Made by a program: the position numbers and the translations under genes. A stretch of 64,000 nt of DNA, taken from contig NW_003314296.1 in NCBI RefSeq assembly GCF_000143415.4, positions 973,645 to 1,037,644 of the forward strand, in the 5' to 3' direction. This document shows positions 12,192 through 23,610 of the stretch, in pieces; position 1 is the first letter of the stretch; every line of letters starts with the position of its first letter. This DNA is from Selaginella moellendorffii. Lineage: Eukaryota > Plantae > Lycopodiophyta. The notes below the pieces were generated by a model. The model did no database searches, was not told where the DNA came from, and saw only the letters and a list, made by a program, of their open reading frames with translations.

Positions 12192-12929
12192 TCACACTTT
12201 AATCTCATTATATTTCACAATTTCACAATCGCTAGTCGACTTAGCAGACCTTTCTGCATGGAACCACTGGATCTTCCGCCCCTCGAGTTGGCGCCCTCTC
12301 CTGGCGAGCCCGTCCGCTACATTATTCTCATATACCTTGTCGTGTGCCTTGACTTTGCACAGCCGGATCTCCATCCCGCTCTTTGCTGCCGCACTAACGA
12401 TGCACTGCAGGAGCGGCTTGAGCTGGATACAGTCGGGGTGCTCAGGCCGGCACTGCGCAAACTGCAACAGCTTCAGCGACTGCAAACTGTCCGTGTAGAT
12501 GTTCAGCTTGTTGGACTGCCAGTAACCTCGAGACCTGTACAGCTGCACCGCCGCGATGGAGTCGTGTATCGCAAGAAGCTCCATGTTGAGCGAAGACACG
12601 ATGAGGCTGTCGACGATAGGGTTCCCGTTTTTGCACCAGCCGTTCTCCTGCGGGACTTGCACCGCCATGCCCGTCCCTTTGTGGGACTCCTCTGCCGACG
12701 GGAAGTAGACGCCGTACCCTGCCGAGAGCGACTCTTTATCGAAGGATCCATCAGTGAATACATTCCAAGGAGAAGATGCTTTTATTTCATCAAGTCCTCG
12801 CTCACGAGTACAAATGGTAATGGCCCATTTCTGCCATGGCTTTCCTAATCTGACTCCTACACCACCACACACCTTCTTGTTCGCGATGCACGCTTCATCC
12901 TCGCCAGCTTTGCGCTTGAGAGACATCAT
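12192..12929 (-). CDS. Intronless stand-alone RNase H (RNase HI-like), 245 aa
   Basis: Full catalytic set in order: VFTDGS, ELLAI, IYTDS, KVKAH, NNVADGLAR. Basic N-terminus (KRK...KK). Confidence 0.85.
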   Translation of the reverse strand: MMSLKRKAGEDEACIANKKVCGGVGVRLGKPWQKWAITICTRERGLDEIKASSPWNVFTDGSFDKESLSAGYGVYFPSAEESHKGTGMAVQVPQENGWCKNGNPIVDSLIVSSLNMELLAIHDSIAAVQLYRSRGYWQSNKLNIYTDSLQSLKLLQFAQCRPEHPDCIQLKPLLQCIVSAAAKSGMEIRLCKVKAHDKVYENNVADGLARRGRQLEGRKIQWFHAERSAKSTSDCEIVKYNEIKV

Positions 12930-13377
12930 CTTGTCGGAAGATTACCCTAAGTTTTGGGGCCTCAATTTCCAAATGTATAGGATCCTTGGCTCAAAAGGTT
13001 CCGTGGCTTTGGTCGTACGAAAACGTTTTCGTACTAGATGCGAACTCGCCACCGCTTTCAATCCACTGGAGAAACAGATGAAGAAAAGATAAAAAACTGC
13101 ACTTATCCAGCCAAAGATGGATTGATCGATTAGCAAACTATGACAGCAACAACAATGAAAAAGTGAAAAGAGGCATTTTCTTCACTGGATGAAAGCCTTC
13201 CACTGTACTGTAGTGTCCCTTTTCGCAGCCGCTCGGGAACAGCCTGAGACCACTGTGTGAGATTGGGAGGGGACCCGTGAAAGCCATCTTGTTATTCACT
13301 TGATCAAACTTCCGCCAGTTCACCCGGTTCCTCAAATCGTAAGCGCTTCAAGTATTAGGAAATGGAGAAAGAAAAAG

Positions 13378-13855
13378 TCTTACATCCATGAAGATGATCA
13401 TGTGATTTTTGTCAACAAGGCTGCCGATATGGTATGTAGTCGAGAGGCTTTCGCTTTGGGCCTGGCTAAAAACAAGTTTTCGCAGGTTGTGCATCCGGCT
13501 CCTGGACATTACGGTGGGACTTTGGTGAATGCTATCCTCCATCACTGCGGCCTTCCTGCTGTCGAGGTTTATCTTCCAGTAATGATGGACGAGGAATCCG
13601 ATGACGATGAAGGAGAGGAGCTGAGTGAAAATGGAGATCAAGACTATGAGAAAGATGAAGTCGAGGTGCACAAAGTTAGAGGCGAGACTCCTTCAAGATT
13701 TTGGGGTCCGAGACCGGTGATAAGGCCTGGTATTGGGCATAGACTGGACAAAGGTACCAGTGGACTCATCGTCATTGCAAAAGTAAGGTAAGACACGTCT
13801 TGTGTTATCAGGTGATGAGTATGCCTTGATATTTTCAGGATGAACAGTTCCAGCT
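13378..13855 (+). pseudogene. RluA/RluD-family pseudouridine synthase, N-terminal half
   Basis: EDDHVIFVNK, VVHPAPGHYGGTLVNAILHHC and RPGIGHRLDKGTSGLIVIAK, with GT-AG introns. Confidence 0.8.
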
Positions 13856-14165
13856 GAGTTTGAGCGAGTTTAGTATCAGAGCTCCTGAAAAAGAATACGA
13901 ACTTGATGAGTTCTCCCTGTCTCCAGCTTCCACTGAACAAGAGCCACACCACCATTTGCGAGAACGTCTGGAACCTTGTACCTGAAATGATAATGAAATG
14001 AAAATACAGAAGAAACTCGTTGCTACATACCTGCTTGCAGCAAAACGCACATTTTGGGCGGATGGAACAGTATCTGACGTCGTCATGCGTTTCCGATCTC
14101 GCGGATCACGAAGGATTTCAGCCTCAATGCGGCCGCTCGTCGTTGAAGGTGTACCGCACGAAGGT
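13856..14165 (-). pseudogene. RluA/RluD pseudouridine synthase, downstream exons in inverted orientation
   Basis: GTPSTTSGRIEAEILRDPRDRKRM, AASRY/KV and WKLETGRTHQ lie on the strand opposite the N-terminal half. Confidence 0.75.
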
Positions 14166-14299
14166 TCTTCGGACTTTATGAGATTTAAATTCCTAAACCT
14201 TCCAGATAAGAGTTCATGCACGGTACATGTTTCCCACTGCTTGGGGATGATGTTTATGGAGGAACAGTGGGAAAAGCGAATTCAACACTATTTCCCGCT

Positions 14300-16081
14300 C
14301 TAAGCGCCACTAAAACGAACAGCCGAAAGAAAATTCAGGAGTACATTCGTCGCCCTTGTCTGCATGCCTATAGCCTCGGGTGAGGTTTAGTATAAGTCCG
14401 AGACAAGCCTAAGTTTTCAGCGTTGGTGGCCTTGGACAACACCGAAGCCTCTCTGGACCATATCATCTAGCAGCTCGAGAGCGTCCTCATCGCGATTGGT
14501 CTTACCAAACGCAAACGCGAAACGCATCAATGAGAAGGTTATAAGTCCCGATGTTTGGAACACAGCCCTTCACTACGAGCTAGATCAAGCATACCAACAT
14601 TATAAAGGCCAGTAATCAGTGTGGAATACGTTATAGAGTTTGGCAAGCACCCAGGCTCCTCCAGCATCTTTCTATACACTTGACAGGCCTCGTCGACTTT
14701 CTTCTCTCTGTGAAGGCCATCGATCACAGTGTAATCATACATCACCACGTCTAGATTACAACGTCTTCTTCGGGTGTTTCGACGAGCTCCATGGCATCGG
14801 TGGACCGGTTAACTTTACACAGTCCCCGTATCATGATATAACGTTAGGACAGTCCATCTCCTCCAGCATGAACTTTCGGGCCTCCTCCAACTGGTTTGCT
14901 GTGCAGTAGCCATCGAGGATGGATAGACTTTGGGCGAGCAGCTCTACCTCCTCATTTTACCGAGGACATGCACAGCGTCACTAAGCCGGTTCTCTTGACA
15001 GAGCCCGTCCATCAAGCTCGTCAAAGCCGGGGTGAGCCGCCATCCTCTCCAGCAGGTTCATCGCCTCTCCCATCCTACAGAAGCCGCTGATGAGGGAGTC
15101 CGTGTGCGGCATACAGCTGCCGTTCTCGACCATCCGGCCAAAGAGATCGATCGCCTCCTTGAGCCTGCCTTCCTCGGGATGGAAGCCTCTGGCAACCAGC
15201 TGCTCGAAAACTCGGAGAGCATCATCCGACTTCTTTGACTTGCAGAAGCCGGTGATGAGCCTGGTTTACGTGAAGATATCCGGAATGCAGCCGCTGTACA
15301 CCATCTCCTCCAGGTGGTCGTAGGCCTCGCTCGCCCGCTCAGCCTTGCAGAGACCGCTTACCAGGCTGTTGTAAGTCACAGCCGTGGGGACGCACTTCTT
15401 CCGCATCTTGGACAGCAGCGCCACAGCCTCGTCGACCACCTTTGTAGAACCCGTCGATGAGAACCGTGTACGTGACAACGCTTGGAGTGAGGTTCTGGTT
15501 GGCCATCTCTTCCAGAAACTTTCGAGCTTCTGGAGCCGGTTCTCGATGCACAGGGCGTGGATGACGGCAGTGTAGGTGTAAACGTCCCGGTGGAAGCCTT
15601 TGGAGACCATTTTCCCCAGGAAGACCAAGGCCTGCTCCAGCAGCTTCACCTTGCAGAGTCCCTGGATCAGGCTGGTGTAGGTGACGAAATCAGCCGAGCA
15701 AGAGCCTACACGGCCACGGCAGCATCGAGCTTCTTCCCACGAGCACCAGACCTCGAGGAACTTCTTCCTCGGATGACTTTGCCGGCGTGAGATCCCCGCT
15801 CCATGCATCTAGCGCTTCGGCCTGGAGGATGTGGAGGAGGCTCTCGATTTGGAGCAAGAGGTCGGGGAACTCGCCTGCGCCACCCATTCGTGAGAGTCGA
15901 TTTGGAGGCCTGAGCTTGTGCTTGCTCGAGTGGGAGATGGAGATTGAGATGGAACTATCTGTGCAATGGTGTTGCGAGGGCGAAAAGAACTGCAGTGGAA
16001 GAATGGAATGTTCTTGGTCAAGGAGGGCAATGGTGATAAGATTAGACGAGATGAGGATGTGAAGATAAAGATGGCAGCCAT
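14300..16081 (-). pseudogene. P-class PPR gene with transit-peptide-like N-terminus, frameshifted and internally deleted
   Basis: Repeats DFVTYTSLIQGLCK, DVYTYTAVIHALC, TAVTYNSLVSGLCK and NSITYSTLITGL are spread across several frames. Confidence 0.8.
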
Positions 16082-17353
16082 GGAACTAGAATTGAGTGAA
16101 GAACAGGTAGCCTGCCAATGTGTTTTTGTTTTTTAAAAAAGTAAAATTTTAATTTACATTGCAAATGAAGTGTAGTTTATAAAATTCAAAAGTAAAATTC
16201 GTATATTATTTTATATAGTACAGGTATATGTCTTTTTTTATATATAATAAAATATGCCTGAATATTTTGAATGCTTAGGCCAAACAAAGTGACACATTTT
16301 TGTCTATTATACTATTAATAAAATAGTATTTTAGTGAAAGAGTTACTAATATTGCTGTTGAAAAGAAAAAAAAGATGGCTTATAAAGCACCATGGCCATA
16401 CACTTTAAACATATTTTGGTGTTAAAATTACTGAAGATATAACTTATTTCAATAGTTCTTCAAGTTCTTCAAGACCCACATAGACTTTATAATATCTATG
16501 GAATTATTTTCAAAAAATTCTGATGGAATGTAATTTCATTTTTTTGTATATTGTTTTGCTTTTTAGGGTACTTAGTTATCAAATACAAATATTATTTGGA
16601 AGTTAAGAAGTCAAATATATTCACAAATGAAGGTTTTTACTCTTAGTTGGCATAAACAATAAATATGTTTACTATTTAAGCAACAGTATATAATATTTAT
16701 ACAAGAAACTTGTAAAATCCAATTGTTAGATTCAAACTCCAGATTAACCATGTGGTGACTTTATAGCAAAATGCCATTTGTTATGACATACAGACTAATC
16801 ATATGATGACTTTTGTAATGCACTTGAATTTAGAGTTAAGTTTGTAATGCACTATGAAAGAAAGGTTTGATACACTCTTAATCTTACAAACACCAACTCT
16901 TAAAATGTTGCTATGGTAATGAGTTGGAAGTGACAAAGCCATGGTAAAGCTTGCTTTTCCCTACTTTCTACAGTTTATTAAATTTAAACTTGGGACTAAT
17001 CATGTAGTAACTTTACAAAAAAAGAGCAGACTAATCTGGTGGTGACATTACAATAAAATGCTGCTTGTTAGATTGCACAATACCATATTAAGGCTTGCTC
17101 TTCTTTATTTGCTGCAGCTCTCTGAATTCAAACTTGGGACTAATCACATAGCAATGTTAGAGCAAAATGTTATTTTTAATGATAAACTAAAATAACATAA
17201 CACCATAGTAAAGTTTGCTTTTCCCTATTTTTTGCAGCTCATTGGATTTAGACTTCAGACTAATTATATGGTGATTTTATAACAAAATATTGTTTGTCGT
17301 GATGAATGGATTAATTTGGGGGTGATATTACAATGAAATGCTATTTATGGTGA

Positions 17354-18136
17354 TGTAGCACATGTGATCATGGGATGAGATTTAGATATACTATCACTGT
17401 GGATCTTTAAAACTTAGGGGATAAATAGGGATAAAATAGCCACTAAAGGCTCTTTCATCAAACAATTGCCCCTTTTTCAATTGGTTTAAGGGGAGAGAGA
17501 TAAAGTGCGTTATAGTTGGTATTAGAGCAAATAGCACGGGTTCAATTCTCATTGATTAGTGGCTACTTATAAATATAATATACCCTTGAGCAAGGTATAT
17601 TTTGACTCCTAAATTTGAAATTATACATATTAAGCAAGGTATATTCTTACTCCTAAATTTGAAATTATACATATTAAGCATCCATGCATACGCCATAGGA
17701 CTACGGTACGGGTGGATGATTAATTGCCTCACATGGAATAACTGGACACCATGGGACTGCGGTACGGGTGGATGACTAGTTGCTTCATATGGAATAATTG
17801 ATCTACACAATAAAAAAATTGGTAGATTTAGTGCGAAAATGGGGGTGTTGGTGCTCTAGGGGATAAATGGGGATAAAATAGTTACTAAAGGCTCTCTTAT
17901 TAAGCAATTACCCATTTTTCAGTTGGCTTAAGCATGAAATAGCTAGTCTACACAATGGAAGGATTAATAGATTCAGTGCGAAAATGGGGGTGCTGGTGCT
18001 TTAGGGGATAAATGGGGATAAAATAACCACTAAGGGCTTTTTCATCAAGCAATTACCCTTTTTTCAGTTGATTTAAGGGGAGAGAGATAAGGTGCATTAT
18101 AGATGGGTTAAGGGGAGAGAGATAAAGTGCACTACA
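17354..18136 (+). mobile_element. TRIM-like non-autonomous LTR element with tandem terminal repeats
   Basis: TGTAG...CTACA termini, 5-bp TSD GGTGA/AGTGA inside a satellite unit, tRNA-iMet PBS TGGTATTAGAGC at 17517-17528, and purine tract GAAAATGGGGG before the downstream repeats. The 5' ends of the repeats differ. Confidence 0.7.
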
Positions 18137-18899
18137 AGTGACGAGTTAGATTGCACAAGACCATATTAAGGCTTGCTCTTCTTTACTTTCTGTAGCTTAT
18201 TGAATTCAAACTTCAGATTAATCATGTAATGACTTTAGAGAAAAATGTTACTTATGGTGATAAGCTGAAATAGCATAACACTAGGTAAGGTTTGCTTCTC
18301 CCTATTTTCTATATCTTATTGGATTCAAATTTGAGACTAATCATGTAGTGACATTATAACAAAATGTTGTTTGTGGTGACAAACTAAAAGTGCATGAGGC
18401 CATGGTAAAACTTGATCGTTTCTATTTTCTGTAGCTTGTTAGATTCAGACTCTGGACTAATCACTCAATGACTTTATAGAAAAATATTACTTGTGGTGAT
18501 GAGCTAGAATTGCATGATGCCATAGTAAAGCTTACAACTCTCTATTTTTTGTAACTCTTTAAATTTAGACTTGGATTTAATTGTGTGGGGACTTTTAGTA
18601 AAGTTTTGCAGTTTATGAGAAGTGGACTTCACAGTTAAAGAGTAACAAAAGAGATGAGTCTAAGTAATGCCAACTTGACAATGCAGTAAAATAGCATCTT
18701 TTGTCAGAGTTTATTGGTGGCAATGGTGGTTAGGTTTTGGATCATCCTCTAAGTACACCCCCAACTCCTTGGGTATGTTCCAGCATTTATTAAAAGTAAT
18801 TCAACTACCATTTCAAGGACTCGTGTCCTTATCCATATTTGATGGTTACAACTATACTGATATGCCGGGCCTCGGATGTGTCTAGCCCTGGATATATCC

Positions 18900-19075
18900 G
18901 AGTTTTATTTTGACACGTGGCATGGCTTTTGGTTTGATCTCATAGAGTTTTATGGTTTTCAATGTGTGCCACATTGACACGTGGCATGTGCTTTGGTTTG
19001 TTTTGAGTTTTATAGTTTTCAATGTGTGTCATATTGACACATGGCATGCCCTTTGGCTTGTTCTCATTGTTAGAG
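18900..19075. repeat. Three ~60-bp tandem repeats containing GACAC(G/A)TGGCATG
   Basis: Direct inspection. Confidence 0.6.
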
Positions 19076-19337
19076 TTTAGTGTCCTTGTATGCCATGTGA
19101 CATATATGTTTGGACTTGCTTGCCATGCCATGTGGTGACAGTCATAACACATTTTTTGTGACTTATATCCTAGTTAATAACTAACTAATGACACAATTTG
19201 GCAAATACACCTTACATTGACAATTGTAAGTAGTATTTAAGGACCATACACTTATATGCTATGGAAAAATACTCAAAGTTTATATATTAAAACAGTAATC
19301 TTACAAAAATAAATGACTTGTAAGGAAAAAAAAAAAA

Positions 19338-19388
19338 GAGGGGGTCACTTGGACTTCCTGGGTGGTCACCCAGCCCAGTACTATTCAA
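19338..19388 (-). pseudogene. 5S rRNA 3'-half fragment followed by a poly-T tract
   Basis: Minus strand reads GAATAGTACTGGGCTGGGTGACCACCCAGGAAGTCC...CCCCTC then T12, resembling the 5S internal element/C-box and 3' end. Confidence 0.65.
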
Positions 19389-20849
19389 GTAGTATTGGGC
19401 TACTTGAATAGCCCAATATAATATAGGGTTTTGTATATTTTGGTACTATCTTGTTGGTTACAGCAAATTAACTAACTTTACAGCAAAATGGTGCTTGTGG
19501 TGACAAATTAGAGTTCACAAATCCATGGTAAAGCTTGTTTTTTTCTATTTTCTATAGTGCATTGGATTTCTAATTATGTAGTGACTTTATAGCAAAATAT
19601 TGCTTGTGGTGATGAATTGGAAGTGCACAAGACCATTGTAAGACTTGCTCCTCTCTATTTTTTGTAGCTTGATGGATTCATAATCACTCATTCATTTTAT
19701 AGCAAAATGCTACTTATTGTGATGAGTGGATGATTAGCAGGAGGTTAATATTGTTAGACCCTTTATTAGTCTTCACCCAAGCTAGTTGAAAAACTAGTCA
19801 TTATGTATACATTTATGCTGGATAAACATAAGATAGGAAATTCTAAATGTTTCTTCTTGAGTATACTCAGCCCGGTATGAGAAACTCATATATTGGCTTG
19901 CACTTGCTAGTGTTGGGAATCTTTACAATATTGAGTTTAGTCCCTCAATATTTGCTAAATGATAGGTTACCATGCCCCCCAAGGCACTCTCACTATCATG
20001 TTTTATGTGTTGGTTTTGTTCGGTTTTATTAGCTATTTATAGAGTGTCTAGATTTGTTAATTTGGCATATCTATGGAATGTAAAGATTGTCTTGAATACA
20101 ATAGTGTTGATCCCATATCCAAATTCGCAATCTAACATCATTCCATATTAAATAGGTTTTGTGATTGCCTTATAGACTAACTTCTAGTATTAAGGGTGAA
20201 ATCCCAAAGTATGTATTGAAAGGTGGCGGGGGGGGGGGGGGGAGGGGGGGTGGTGGCTGTAGGGTGGGTGGCTATAAGAGGTTTCAACCAAATATATAGT
20301 AGGGATAGTGGGTAAATTGAGCATGGCCGACTAACTTAAGGCATTGTTTAACTCCCGTTTATGTGTTTATCCTTATTTACATCCCATTTTGGGTCTAAAC
20401 TTAAGCTTTTATGCTAATTGATAAAGTACCTATATCCTTATGTTAGGCCATTAGTATGCTGAAATAACACTAAACTTTGTTTGGTCTTGGTATTGGGATG
20501 TTGAAAGCTTTAAAACTATTTTAATGTTACTCCATGCTCTTGTCCTTTTACTCTTTGAGCTAAATACTTAAAAGTCACTTTGTGCTTTAATTCTTTCACT
20601 CTTTGGCTATAAACTTAGGAGTTTAGCTTCATTCCTTCATTCAGTGGCCCAAGTCCTTGAAACTTGGGTTTTGCTCCATTGTCCTTGGATATGTGGCATG
20701 TGGCACATCATATATAACACATAGCATATAGAGGGTTTATGTAAATCACCACAGGATAAGGGGTGAAAACCACATGTGCTACAATCACAACCACAACAAT
20801 ATCCTCACCCTTATCCTTGAACATGAGCAATAATAGCATTAACCTCCAT

Positions 20850-21350
20850 CAAAATATAACCATCTTCTATAAGAAGTGGAGCTAAAAGATTTGTAATGAG
20901 AAATAAAAGAGATGATATTTTATAATATTGTGTTAATCTAAGAGCATTATCAAGGGTGGTTGGAGCATTTGTATGCATAAGACTTATAAGATCTTGATGA
21001 AGTGTTAGCTATAACATTCATAACTTAATTTGCTCTAAAGATTTTGGAAGTGAATGCTAAATTACATCATTAATGCAAATGACCCTTGATGAAGATGATG
21101 TAATTGTTGGAAGGCATCATCAAAATTGTTGGTATATCCAAATATACATTTAAAAACATTTGGGAGAATGTTCCAATCCGCACAAGTGACTACATTCAAA
21201 CTATTATACCATTGCAATGCCATCTCTTGAAGACACGTGGGAAACTCATACAAATGCTAAGCATCATCCCAAAAATGATATATGGCATTCACTTTAAAGT
21301 GATTGAGCTAATGGTACACATCATCCTCAGAATTCCTACGGAAGAATTCT
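20850..21350 (-). mobile_element. Degenerate retrotransposon gag fragment
   Basis: FPTCLQEMALQWYNSL...DWNIL...F...AFQQLHHLHQG fits the retrotransposon gag pattern. Confidence 0.5.
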
Positions 21351-21481
21351 AAGCTGACGCAAAGATTAACAACAAGAGAAAGAGGAGTTGTACTATATGT
21401 TGTGAATGCCACTATCAATTGAGTCTGATTGTTCAATTACAACTATATAGCATTGAACAATTGCATCAATTATTGCTTCAA

Positions 21482-21581
21482 NNNNNNNNNNNNNNNNNNN
21501 NNNNNNNNNNNNNNNNNNNNNNNNNNNNNNNNNNNNNNNNNNNNNNNNNNNNNNNNNNNNNNNNNNNNNNNNNNNNNNNNN
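21482..21581. other. Assembly gap (100 N)
   Basis: Run of n. Confidence 1.
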
Positions 21582-21823
21582 ATGTGTATATCAATTAACC
21601 CAAAACCCTAACTTATATACAAGAGTGAGTGATCCACATTAAAACCAATCCAATAAAATCCCACTACACTAATATTAGTGTACAGCCCTTTAATATTAGT
21701 ATTCAGTATTGTCATTGTATATTTGGACCTCACAACACTTATTTTAAGTATATACATTAACTAAAGCCATTAATTAGCAACATTAAATGTTATTTAAGAC
21801 ACAAGTTATCTAATGACTTTACT

Positions 21824-22834
21824 TTATTTAATTGCTTTCCACCATTCCTTTCCACTTTGCAAATCATATATTATAATACTGCCATTGTCTTTTGGGACTA
21901 AACTTGTTCTGATATTGCAAGGTTGATGACAAAAAACATTATTTCCCCATACTCTTTTATGAAATTGATTTTTGACAAAAAAATGACCATCACTTTGTAG
22001 ATGTGCATAACATTTATAATGTACTTTGCCATCTTCAATTTTAGTAAACCATACTATAGATTTATCAACAGTTTTAATATATTTTAGTATACAGTCCTTC
22101 ATTTCAAGTTTATAACTCCCTTTGGCTGAGATAATACTTTTCCCTTCCATTATATAGCTTCCATATATGTATTGGACTTCATAACCACCACCAATAATGC
22201 TTTTTATATAAGGCCAACAATATGTATCAGTATCATAATCAGTATCATGTAACTTATAACTGTTTGTGATATTATTATTTTGAAGTACCATATCATCAAA
22301 AAAGACCAGTTCATATTTAATATCAAACTCTAAATAGTTATACTCTCCCTTTCCTGCAAAAACTTTATTTGGTTCTGATGCTGCATTTAAGATTATATGA
22401 TTATGAATTGCTGTAAAAGCTTGTATAAAAATATTATCATTAAACCCTTGTGGAATTGTAGGATCAGCTGTACAAAATATATGAACAATTGGAAGATTTA
22501 CATATTGTATAGAAAGAATCTGCCTAAGGACACTAAAGGTAATTTTAATCATTTTTTTTTTATCAATTTCAACAAAAATCTCCTTGAATTGTTGTAGAAA
22601 ATCATTGAAAGTATTTATATATCTTGTCATTTTAGCAATTAACATACCAAATTTCTTAAGAGTCAATGAAAAAGGTTTACCAATTGCAGTAATAGTTGGT
22701 CTTTCTCCTAGAGCTACAAATGCTATAATAAGAAATGTAAATATTAAATTAAAGCTTAAGTTGAAAATCATTTTAAGAGAAGATATATAAACTTTTGTAT
22801 ATTTAACTAGCAAGAAAATCAGGTTGGTAAACAT
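21824..22834 (-). CDS. AT-rich intronless 336-aa protein: hydrophobic N-terminus, unknown middle region, C-terminal bulb-type (GNA-like) lectin domain
   Basis: Long open frame in very AT-rich DNA. The C-terminus (EGKSIISAKGSYKLEMKDCIL..VW..CYAHLQSDGHFFV..VW..LVPKDNGSIIIYD..WW) fits the B-lectin three-repeat pattern. Confidence 0.6.
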   Translation of the reverse strand: MFTNLIFLLVKYTKVYISSLKMIFNLSFNLIFTFLIIAFVALGERPTITAIGKPFSLTLKKFGMLIAKMTRYINTFNDFLQQFKEIFVEIDKKKMIKITFSVLRQILSIQYVNLPIVHIFCTADPTIPQGFNDNIFIQAFTAIHNHIILNAASEPNKVFAGKGEYNYLEFDIKYELVFFDDMVLQNNNITNSYKLHDTDYDTDTYCWPYIKSIIGGGYEVQYIYGSYIMEGKSIISAKGSYKLEMKDCILKYIKTVDKSIVWFTKIEDGKVHYKCYAHLQSDGHFFVKNQFHKRVWGNNVFCHQPCNIRTSLVPKDNGSIIIYDLQSGKEWWKAIK

Positions 22835-23218
22835 AACACTGATTGCAAATTAAAAAAACAGTTTGAGAGTGAGGGTGATGTATTATTATAGTTCAATTAT
22901 ATAGTGGGTGCTATAAGAAATAAAAATGTATATTATTATTATTATATAATAGCTTTATTAGTAGCATTTTCCCTACTTATAGTAAAACCTAAACACCATT
23001 AGGCAGGTTATAAGAAATTAAGATAATATATAATAACTATTTAATATGGTAATAATATAAATTGTTTAAGAACTAATATAATAAAATATAAATATATTTA
23101 AATTAATATTTAACAAACATATTTTGCAACTTTTCTATCAGTTTTCTCTTTTATTTTTATAGCCAACTAAAAATATTTTAATTTTTGCATATAATGTTCC
23201 TAATAACACAACTAACTA

Positions 23219-23610
23219 TGACATATGTGATCATGAGATCACATATGGTCTCATGATCACCATGGATATATGGTCACTCTAAATTCTTAGAACCTTGGGA
23301 GATATATGGGATGAAATCAGCCATTAAAGGCTCTCTCATTAAACAATTCTTTTTTTTTTTCTAATTGGCTTAAAGGGAGAAATAAGTAATATCAAAGTAA
23401 ATAGTATTGGTTTGATTCCTATTGATTAGTAACTACTTAAAATATATTATACTCTTGAATAAAGCATATTTCTACTCCTAAATATTAAAATTATATGTGT
23501 ACAATGGACAAGAGAACTGATATACACAATAGAAGAATTAGTAAATTTAAACATGGAATAGATAGTTTATATAATAGAGATTCAGTGTGGAAATGGAGGT
23601 GTTGATTTCT
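23219..23610 (+). mobile_element. Degenerate copy of the TRIM-like family
   Basis: Similar to 17354-17850 (TGTGATCATG..., CCATTAAAGGCTCTCTCAT, GATTAGT.ACTACTT, GGAAATGGAGGTGTTG). Confidence 0.6.

Larger units (their letters stand above)
16730..19730. repeat. Degenerate ~120-bp tandem satellite (blocks ~16730-17350, 18140-18600, 19470-19730)
   Basis: Recurrent unit GACTAATCATGT(A/G)GTGACTTTATAGCAAAATG..TGTGGTGA..CCATGGTAAAGCTTG..CTATTTT.TG.AGC..GATTCAAACT. Confidence 0.8.

Noticed and set aside
12258-12848. 196-aa antisense ORF over RNase H (and 12-413)
   Set aside because: Shadow ORF of a GC-rich CDS; no motifs.
16730-19730. CRISPR-like repeat array
   Set aside because: Eukaryotic context, degenerate full-length tandem units, no unique spacers and no cas genes.
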